A stretch of 64,000 nt of DNA from Myxococcales bacterium (GTDB lineage: Bacteria; Myxococcota_A; Polyangia; Haliangiales; Haliangiaceae). The DNA lies in contig JADJFN010000001.1 of assembly GCA_016708565.1 (NCBI GenBank), positions 732,863-796,862 on the forward strand, written 5' to 3'. The notes under the pieces are model-generated. The model saw only the letters and a list, made by a program, of their open reading frames with translations, searched no databases and was not told the origin of the DNA. Positions 57,904-64,000 of this stretch are shown here, in pieces (within the stretch, counting starts at the first letter, position 1; each line of letters opens with the position of its first letter). Position numbers and translations under genes: made by a program.

Positions 57904-58024
57904 CCAGTGGGTAGGCGTCAGTCAACGACGTCGAAGGGATGCGCGCAGGCCCGCTACCCAGTGGGTAGGCGCGCTCGCGCAAGGCCGCGATGTAACGCAG
58001 CCAAGGTTACCCACTGGGTACCGC
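57904..58024 (+). promoter_or_regulatory. array of three 13-bp near-palindromes TACCCA-N-TGGGTA, two direct and one inverted, about 52 bp apart (candidate operator sites)
   Basis: gTTACCCAGTGGGTAGGCG at ~57904, gcTACCCAGTGGGTAGGCG at ~57956, and ggTTACCCACTGGGTACC at ~58006 in inverted orientation. Confidence 0.4.
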
Positions 58025-58650
58025 CGCCGCAGTTGCCGGGGTCTGGCGCGAGCTCGCCGTCAGGACAGGCACAGCTGCTGGCCTGGACGTGGACACAGCA
58101 GAACAGCGGGGGGCCGACATCTGCAGCGGTGCGGGCAGGGCCATGGCATCGGCGCTCAGGGCCCACCGACTTCATGGACGTAGACGTCGACGCCGAACCC
58201 GTCGCTCGTCCCGTCGACCGTGCCGGCGATGCCGCGCAGCCGCGTGGCAGCCGATCGGATCGAGGGGCCGAGGCCGCGGCCACGGCCCGACGCGCGCTGT
58301 CCGCCGTGCTGGAGGCCGCGCGCGTCGACGTTGGCTTCTGCATCGAGGTGGCGCCTGAGCGTAGGGCGCCCTGACTGGGTCGACTTTGCCGCCGCCGCCC
58401 GGCGCGCGTGCTCGCCGCGCTGATCCAGAGGGTGGCCGACCAACGTGAGTCGAACATCGGATTCCTCGCCCTTCCGGGGTGAAGCGCGCCGGACGGGGGG
58501 CTGGCAGAAGCACTCCGATCCGCTTGGCTGCGAATCGAACCGGCGGGGCGAATCGAACCGGCGGCTTCAGTCGATCGGTCCGAGTTCTGCGCGCCGAGCG
58601 TCGGCGCCACGCAATCCGAGCGATGGCGTGCGCGTGTTACCATCGGCGCC

Positions 58651-59595
58651 GTGAAGCGCGCGTGGATCTGCGTGGTGGTCGTGGCCGGATGCGGGCATCG
58701 ATCGAGCGAGCGAGCCGGCGACGAAGATCGCCGCCCAGCCCCGGCCAAGCCGAGCTTCCCGCTCGTTGTGGCGCGCACCGCGTTGCGCACCGCGATCTAC
58801 GGTGACGCGGACCGCGCGCCCCCACCGGATCCCCCTGCTGGCGTCCTGGTCAAGACGCACTACCGCCGTGGCGGCGACGCGCTGGTCGCGTACGCGTCGC
58901 CGGTCGTCGAGGGCACGCGCCGGCCCGCCATCGTCTGGATCGCGGGTGGCTTCAGCTGGGGGATCGACGACAACTCCTGGACGCCGGGGCCGCCCGACAA
59001 CGATCAGTCCGCCACGACGCTGCGGCAGCCTGGCATCGTCTTGATGCGGCCCGCGCTGCGCGGGGCCAGCGGCAACCCGGGACGCCCGGAGTGCTTCCTC
59101 GGCGAGGTGGACGACATCATCGCCGCGGGCGACTACCTCGCCGCTCGTCCAGACGTGGATCCGTCGCGCATCTACCTCGGCGGGCACTCGACTGGCGGCA
59201 CGCTGGCGTTGCTCACCGCGGCGAGCACCGATCGCTTCCGCGCCATCTTCGCCTTCGGCCCGATCGCGGATCCACGGGATTACGGCCCTGATGGATGCCT
59301 GCCCGCCGACGTAGCGGACGCGGAGGTGCTGCCGCGCGCGCCGATGATCTGGATGGACGCGATCGTGACACCGACGTTCGTCATCGAAGGCGCAGGCGGC
59401 AACGTCGCGGCGTTTCCAGATCTCGCCCGCGACGCGAGCCAGGCGGTGTCGTTCCTGACGGTCCCAGGCGCTGACCACTTCGACGTGCTGCAGCCCGGGA
59501 GCCGTCACGTCGCGCGCGCCATCCTGGATGACCGCGGCCCGCGGCCCGCGATCCGGCTCGACGCCGCGGCGATCGCCGCCGAGGTCGCACGCTAA
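58651..59595 (+). CDS. alpha/beta-hydrolase lipoprotein (S9 / dienelactone-hydrolase-like)
   Basis: GTG start; MKRAWICVVVVAGC lipobox; nucleophile elbow IYLGGHSTGG (GxSxG); C-terminal ...GADHFDV. Confidence 0.75.
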   Translation: MKRAWICVVVVAGCGHRSSERAGDEDRRPAPAKPSFPLVVARTALRTAIYGDADRAPPPDPPAGVLVKTHYRRGGDALVAYASPVVEGTRRPAIVWIAGGFSWGIDDNSWTPGPPDNDQSATTLRQPGIVLMRPALRGASGNPGRPECFLGEVDDIIAAGDYLAARPDVDPSRIYLGGHSTGGTLALLTAASTDRFRAIFAFGPIADPRDYGPDGCLPADVADAEVLPRAPMIWMDAIVTPTFVIEGAGGNVAAFPDLARDASQAVSFLTVPGADHFDVLQPGSRHVARAILDDRGPRPAIRLDAAAIAAEVAR

Positions 59596-60042
59596 GCTGG
59601 CGATTCGGCGATTCGCGCCCTGTGCGATTCGCGCCCTGTGTGCCGGGTTGCGGCACTGGTCTTGATCCAAGGGCCGCGAGCTGCGCGCCGATGGCCCGTT
59701 GCGCCTCGGGGCTTGGCTGCCCGCCGCTGCCGACCCAGAGGTCGCGGACGCGCGCGGCGATATCGACCAGCGCGATCGTCCGCTCGGCCTCGGCGCGCAA
59801 GCGCATGATCGCCAACGCGTGGTTGCCGGCGGCGTGGATCTCGGGCGCGCCGCCGACGGCCTCGCCGGCGAAGCGATGCGGGCCGACCTCGGCCGCGGCG
59901 CGCGCGAGCACCGGCGTCATCGCCGCGGCGAGGTCGTGGCCGAGGCCGGCGTGCGGTTGCGTGGCGGCGGGAGATGCTGGCGCGGGTGCCCGCGTTGCGA
60001 AACCTTGACACGCTCGCGCCGCCGTCCATCATCGAGGTATCC

Positions 60043-60381
60043 ATGCGTGCCGCTGCCCCGTCTCCATCGAACGTCGCCGCGCCCGCCGAGGCCGCTCCGG
60101 CCGACGCCGCGCCCGCTGCGCTGGTGTCCGAGCCGATGACGTGGGCCGAGATCTGCGCGCTGTACCCCGACGAGTGGGTGTGCCTGGTGGCCATCGAGGG
60201 GCAGAACGAGACGGACTTCGAGTTCACGACCGCGCGGGTCGCGGGGCACGGGAAGACGCGCAAGGAGCCGCTCGTCCAGGCGCGACCTGCGCGGGCGCAG
60301 TACGGCGCGGTCGGGCACTACTACACAGGCCGCATCGTCGCGCCTGTAGATCGCCGGGATTGGTTTCCGACCCGGGAGTGA
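60043..60381 (+). CDS. small hypothetical protein upstream of the aspartic protease gene and likely co-transcribed with it
   Basis: MRAAAPSPS...MTWAEICALYPDEWVCLVAIEGQNETDFEFTTARVAGHGKTRKEP...; its stop lies 10 nt before the protease GTG. Confidence 0.4.
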   Translation: MRAAAPSPSNVAAPAEAAPADAAPAALVSEPMTWAEICALYPDEWVCLVAIEGQNETDFEFTTARVAGHGKTRKEPLVQARPARAQYGAVGHYYTGRIVAPVDRRDWFPTRE

Positions 60382-60390
60382 GGGGGCGGC

Positions 60391-60792
60391 GTGAAGGAGT
60401 CGAGGTTCGATCCGGCGGGCGACCTGATGATCGTCCATGCGCGCCTCTGGGGGCCGCGTGGCGGCGCACCATACTTGCTTCGTCTGGCCATCGACACCGG
60501 CGCGACGCACTCGCTCGTCCTGCCCGAGATCATCGACGAACTCGGGTACAGCCCGCGCGACGGTGACGCGATCACCACGGTGCGCGCGGCGCTGGGGAAG
60601 GAACAGGGCTACCTGCTACGCGTGAATCGGTTCGAGGCGCTCGGGTTCGCGCTCCCCGACTTCCCCATCCACGTGTTCGATCTGGCCGACGGCCTCGGCA
60701 TCGACGGCCTGCTCGGCCTGAGCTTCTTGCGCCAGTTCAACTACCTGGTGCGCTCGCGCGAAGGGCGGATGCTGGTCGAGCGCGCCGCGTAG
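60391..60792 (+). CDS. retropepsin-like (clan AA) aspartic protease
   Basis: GTG start preceded by GAGGGGG; catalytic LAIDTGATHSLVLPE (D-T-G-A); 133 aa; C-terminal GIDGLLGLSFL flap/dimer region. Confidence 0.75.
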   Translation: MKESRFDPAGDLMIVHARLWGPRGGAPYLLRLAIDTGATHSLVLPEIIDELGYSPRDGDAITTVRAALGKEQGYLLRVNRFEALGFALPDFPIHVFDLADGLGIDGLLGLSFLRQFNYLVRSREGRMLVERAA

Positions 60793-60875
60793 CTTGGGGG
60801 CGCCCCGGGGCGCGGCCAACAGCGCCATGCTGAGGCCTACGTGAACGCGACGACCGCGCTCGAGGGCCGGGGCGC

Positions 60876-60925
60876 CGCCGATCGGATCGAGGGCCGATCG
60901 GATCGAGGCGCCGCCGATCGAGGGG
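60876..60925 (+). repeat. cluster of GCCGATCGGATCG-family repeats (3 copies)
   Basis: gccgccgatcggatcgagggccgatcggatcgaggcgccgccgatcgagg. Confidence 0.7.
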
Positions 60926-60931
60926 CGCGGC

Positions 60932-61891
60932 CTACAGCGCCACGCTGAGGCCTAGCGTGAACGCGACGACCTCGCCCAGCTTCACGCGGAGTGGATCGAC
61001 CCAGCCGGGCGGGGGAGGCGGGGGCCCGCCCGTGGTGAACGGTGCGCCGAGGCGCGCGCTCACGATGACGCGCTGAAGCTGGTATTGCGCGCCCAGCGTC
61101 ATGAGGTGCAGGCGGTGCCGAGGCCCATCGGCCGTCAACCCCAACATCGAGTACTCGATCGTTGCGGAAGCGCAGCCGGCCCGCGCGCCGAGGGCCAAGT
61201 CGAGATGGTAGCTCGAGATGGCCTGGGGCGCGGCGCGATGGAGTGGCGCGTCCACGCCGGCGTCGAGGCGTGCCGACCACGCGCCGCGGACGAAGGTCGG
61301 CGCCACGGCCAAGCGCAGGTGGGGGACCGAGGAGAGCCACACCAGGTCCGACGGGCGGCGAGCGCGCACCAGGCTCCGCGCGCTGTCCTGGTCTCCGCTC
61401 GTGGGGGCTGACACGCCCAGGCGTCCGGTGATCGCGCCCCACGACCTGCGCAGCCGCTGGAACACACCAGCCTCAGCGCCCGCGAGCCCGGTGGTGCGGT
61501 CGTTGAAGGGTGGATGATAGTCCTCGTCGAATCCGCCGAGGCGTCCGTAGGCGCCGGCGCCGCGCGCGACGACGTACTGCGTGTCGATGTGTATCCCGTT
61601 GATGTCGATGTAGCTTCTATACGTCTCGATGTCGCCCGTAGTGAGCTCGACGTTGACCTCGGAACGAAGCCCATCGGGCGCGAGCGACGTGAAGCGTACC
61701 GGGGCGTGCGGCGAGGGGGCGTCGGCCTGCGCCCGGCCCGCGCCGAGCACGACCAGCGCAAGCGACAGCAGCAGCGTCGCCGAGACGCGGGCGCCGCGAA
61801 GCGCTCGCCGGCTGCGGCACCGAGGAGGTCGGCGGCTGCGGCTGTCGCCCACCGGTTGATGCGGGCGGGGCGACGGCGGCGATGCGGACAT
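60932..61891 (-). CDS. hypothetical secreted protein
   Basis: Hydrophobic signal-like segment ATLLLSLALVVLGAGRAQA about 40 aa from the first Met; the start is uncertain. Confidence 0.4.
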   Translation of the reverse strand: MSASPPSPRPHQPVGDSRSRRPPRCRSRRALRGARVSATLLLSLALVVLGAGRAQADAPSPHAPVRFTSLAPDGLRSEVNVELTTGDIETYRSYIDINGIHIDTQYVVARGAGAYGRLGGFDEDYHPPFNDRTTGLAGAEAGVFQRLRRSWGAITGRLGVSAPTSGDQDSARSLVRARRPSDLVWLSSVPHLRLAVAPTFVRGAWSARLDAGVDAPLHRAAPQAISSYHLDLALGARAGCASATIEYSMLGLTADGPRHRLHLMTLGAQYQLQRVIVSARLGAPFTTGGPPPPPPGWVDPLRVKLGEVVAFTLGLSVAL

Positions 61892-62004
61892 GGGCGGCGG
61901 CGATGTCATCGGAGTGCAGTCAGCGACAGTCATGGTGCCACGGCGTATCGGCCGCGTGCGGCCGCGGTTGCCGGTGATCTTCGTCCCGAGGGGCGCGGTC
62001 GTCC

Positions 62005-62060
62005 GGCGGCGCTTCCTCGAGGCCTACGCCACCTTCCGCGACCTCTACAAGCAAGCCTCC
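62005..62060 (+). repeat. about 56-nt segment duplicated at 63901..63958 (encodes RRFLEAYATFRDLYKQAS)
   Basis: ggcggcgcttcctcgaggcctacgc.ac.ttccgcgacct.tacaagca.gcctcc occurs at both sites, each followed by different sequence. Confidence 0.7.
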
Positions 62061-62125
62061 TGTGTGCCGGGTTGCGGCCTGTGTGCCGGGTTGCGGCCGA
62101 TCGGATCGCGGGCCGATCGGATCGC
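62061..62125 (+). repeat. tandem gtgtgccgggttgcggcc (x2) followed by gccgatcggatcgcggg (x2)
   Basis: Seen directly; gtgtgccgggttgcggc also occurs at ~59645. Confidence 0.7.
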
Positions 62126-62303
62126 GGGCGTCGAGGCTCAAGGTGTTGGCGTCGCGCGGCCAAGCGTCGGGCGTCGCGGTGGCCGGGGCGGTGCTCGGCG
62201 CCGCCTCGCGTGCTGGCACGGGGGCCGCGGCCGCTGGCGCAGGTGAGGCGGCCAAGCTGGCGAGGACGAAGTCACCTTGGGGCGACGAAGCCATTCTGTT
62301 TCG

Positions 62304-62825
62304 CTACGCGCCGTGGCGGGCCTCGGCCAGGCTTCGTAGCCGTGGTGGGACGGCGAGGTCGACGCGCGTGAGCGCGTCGACCAGCAGGCCCCAGGGTGCG
62401 CGGGCCTCGAAGTCCGGAAGCGCCCGCGCCATGGGGTAGTCGTGACGGGGGACGTGTGACGCGACGAGCGCCCCGCTGAAGGCCGCGGCCCGCACGCTGT
62501 CGTCCTCGTTGGGGTCGATGGCCTTGCTGACCAAGGTGGTCATCTCCTCGGCGGAGTACGCAAGGTAGCCGTAGCCGCCTAGACAGCTGGCGGCCACGGC
62601 ACGGACCTCCGGACTAGGGTCGTCGGTGAAGCGGGCGCGCGCCATGGCGCGGAAGTCAGGGAGCCTCCAGTAGAAGGCGACCGCGCGAAGCGCGGCGGCG
62701 CGCACGAAGTCGGTGGGATGGTCGAGGTGCGTGACGACCCATGGCAAGCGTTCGCGAAGCTGCTGCTTCCCCACATCGATGAGCTGGTCGTGGATGTCGT
62801 CGAGTGTCTCGGCTTCGGGGATCAT
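62304..62825 (-). CDS. HEAT-repeat protein (PBS-lyase-like HEAT repeats)
   Basis: Repeats FVRAAALRAVAFYW, EVRAVAASCLGGYG and SVRAAAFSGALV; ATGA overlap with a possible ~39-aa upstream ORF (62822..62941). Confidence 0.65.
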   Translation of the reverse strand: MIPEAETLDDIHDQLIDVGKQQLRERLPWVVTHLDHPTDFVRAAALRAVAFYWRLPDFRAMARARFTDDPSPEVRAVAASCLGGYGYLAYSAEEMTTLVSKAIDPNEDDSVRAAAFSGALVASHVPRHDYPMARALPDFEARAPWGLLVDALTRVDLAVPPRLRSLAEARHGA

Positions 62826-63102
62826 GGGAGTCTTCCGGCGGCGCTCTCGTAGGTATCGAGTAGCGCGGAGATGTCGTTGTTCCTTGCGCCTGTGTACTCT
62901 TCCAGGTGGTCGAACGGGGTTCCGTCGGTCTTGAGAATCATCTCGCCTCGTCGTTCCCGCAGGACCGCGGAGAGATCGTCGGGCGTCAGGTTCTTGCGGA
63001 TGGCGCGATCACGGCAGCGCGGCGCGGAGGTCGGCGTCGCCGCCGATGGTCGGTGCTCGCGGCGGCAGGCGAGCGGCGCGGTCAGCCAATCGGCACGTCG
63101 CG

Positions 63103-63131
63103 CCAGCCGGCGCCGCCGATCGGATCGGCGG
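63103..63131 (+). repeat. GCCGATCGGATCG-family repeat pair
   Basis: gccgccgatcggatcggcggccgatcggc. Confidence 0.7.
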
Positions 63132-63153
63132 CCGATCGGCGCGCCGTCGACCG

Positions 63154-63711
63154 TCACGGCAGCGCGGCGCGGAGGAAGCGGACCAGCAGATGGTCCGGCT
63201 CGTCGCGTTCGATCACGAGTTCGTGGGGCCACGCGGCTGCGGCGGCACGGGTCGAGGTGGCGACGCCCTCGAAGGAGACGCTGGCGCCGTAGATGCCGCC
63301 GTGGCGGCCGTCGGCGGGCAGGGCGGCGAGTGGCGTGCGCGCGTAGGCGGCGGCGACGCTCCCCGGGGCCTGCCGCGCGTAGAGCAGCCACGGCCGGCGC
63401 TCGATGATCGCGTAGTCGCGAGCGTCGCCGGGGAAGTGTTCGCCGCTGCCGGGTCGCGGCGCGTCGCCGAGCAGGTCGAGGTCGGCCAGGGTCAGGTGCG
63501 CGTAGCTGCGGCCCTCGCAGAAGTCTGCGACGAGCGTCTTCGCGGTGCCGAACCTCAACCCGCACATCCTGCGCAGGGCCGCCATGACCTTGAGGGGGCC
63601 ATGCCGCTCGCTCCGCAGCGCGCCCAGGACATCGTCGAGCGTCGCGCCGGCCTGGAGATCGGCGCGGATGCGCCGCGCGAGCTCTGCGATCTCTTCAAAG
63701 ACATCGGCCAC
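63154..63711 (-). CDS. hypothetical protein
   Basis: 185-aa non-repetitive ORF, MADVFEEIAELARRIRADLQAGATLDDVLGALRSERHGPLKVMAALRRM... Confidence 0.45.
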   Translation of the reverse strand: MADVFEEIAELARRIRADLQAGATLDDVLGALRSERHGPLKVMAALRRMCGLRFGTAKTLVADFCEGRSYAHLTLADLDLLGDAPRPGSGEHFPGDARDYAIIERRPWLLYARQAPGSVAAAYARTPLAALPADGRHGGIYGASVSFEGVATSTRAAAAAWPHELVIERDEPDHLLVRFLRAALP

Positions 63712-63900
63712 GGCGTGAGTGTACGGCGGAGCGGGCCAGGCCGCGGCGACCGCCTCTTGAAGAATGCTGGCCGGGAGCTCATGGTCGAGCCGTGGGCAAC
63801 GAGCGCGAGATCAAGGAGATGCTGAAGGAGGCCGTGGAAGCGCTCGAGCGCCCGGGCGTGGCCTTCGCCGACGTGCTCGCCACAGCGTCTGCGCCCGCAT

Positions 63901-63958
63901 CCGGCGGCGCTTCCTCGAGGCCTACGCGACGTTCCGCGACCTGTACAAGCAGGCCTCC
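63901..63958 (+). repeat. second copy of the 62005..62060 segment, heading an ORF that runs off the window end
   Basis: RRRFLEAYATFRDLYKQASDRLRHAKHATQLDI... continues to position 64000 without a stop. Confidence 0.6.
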
Positions 63959-64000
63959 GACCGGCTGCGCCACGCCAAGCACGCCACCCAGCTCGACATC

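Noticed and set aside
57835-58374. 179-aa ORF in the palindrome-containing intergenic region.
   Set aside because: Arg-rich, and overlaps the repeated palindromes. More likely non-coding regulatory DNA.
58526-58563. Possible tRNA gene or tRNA 3' fragment duplication (att site), suggested by a T-loop-like GGTTCGATTC on the minus strand within the tandem gcgaatcgaaccggcgg x2.
   Set aside because: Flanking bases cannot form a T-stem (no complementary 5-bp arms). No acceptor or D-arm could be built and no CCA context is present. It is best treated as a plain 17-nt tandem duplication.
61890-62246. 118-aa ORF containing the RRFLEAYATFRDLYKQAS segment as an intact gene.
   Set aside because: After the conserved segment it reads through tandem nucleotide repeats into Arg/Gly-rich sequence. 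It looks like a truncated remnant and is reported as a repeat, not as a CDS.

Overview
This is a 64-kb, roughly 70% GC chromosomal segment, probably from a myxobacterium-like deltaproteobacterium. The taxon is inferred from lipoprotein density (at least 18 predicted lipoproteins with Cys lipoboxes) and CotH, Kelch, FG-GAP, carboxypeptidase-regulatory/PDZ and DUF4132 proteins. I support about 55 CDS. I found no rRNA, no convincing tRNA and no CRISPR array. Many long Arg/Gly-rich ORFs in the six-frame track are antisense artifacts of the high GC content and are not listed as features. Five regions deserve a second look. (1) A 1031-aa PLD-nuclease + SF2 helicase + DUF3427 fusion protein (42096..45191) sits between imperfect ~27-nt direct repeats and looks like an inserted restriction/defense-like cassette. 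(2) Two pure poly-G tracts (64 nt at 41603..41666 and 11+34 nt at 53797..53842) may be sequencing artifacts or extreme homopolymers. The first is followed by an N-terminally truncated eukaryotic-like C2-domain ORF with atypical codon usage. (3) 28.9 to 35.4 kb is a decayed segmental duplication: TetR 3' remnants, paralogous lipoproteins, and a Kazal-like small protein plus an inverted pseudogene copy. (4) 51 to 64 kb is repeat-rich: the short intergenic repeat GCCGATCGGATCG occurs 10 or more times, a 60-nt duplicated ORF head occurs twice, and three phased 13-bp near-palindromes sit in one intergenic region. (5) A retropepsin-like aspartic protease is paired with a small upstream gene. Coordinates come from arithmetic on the ORF table; start codons are the least certain element.
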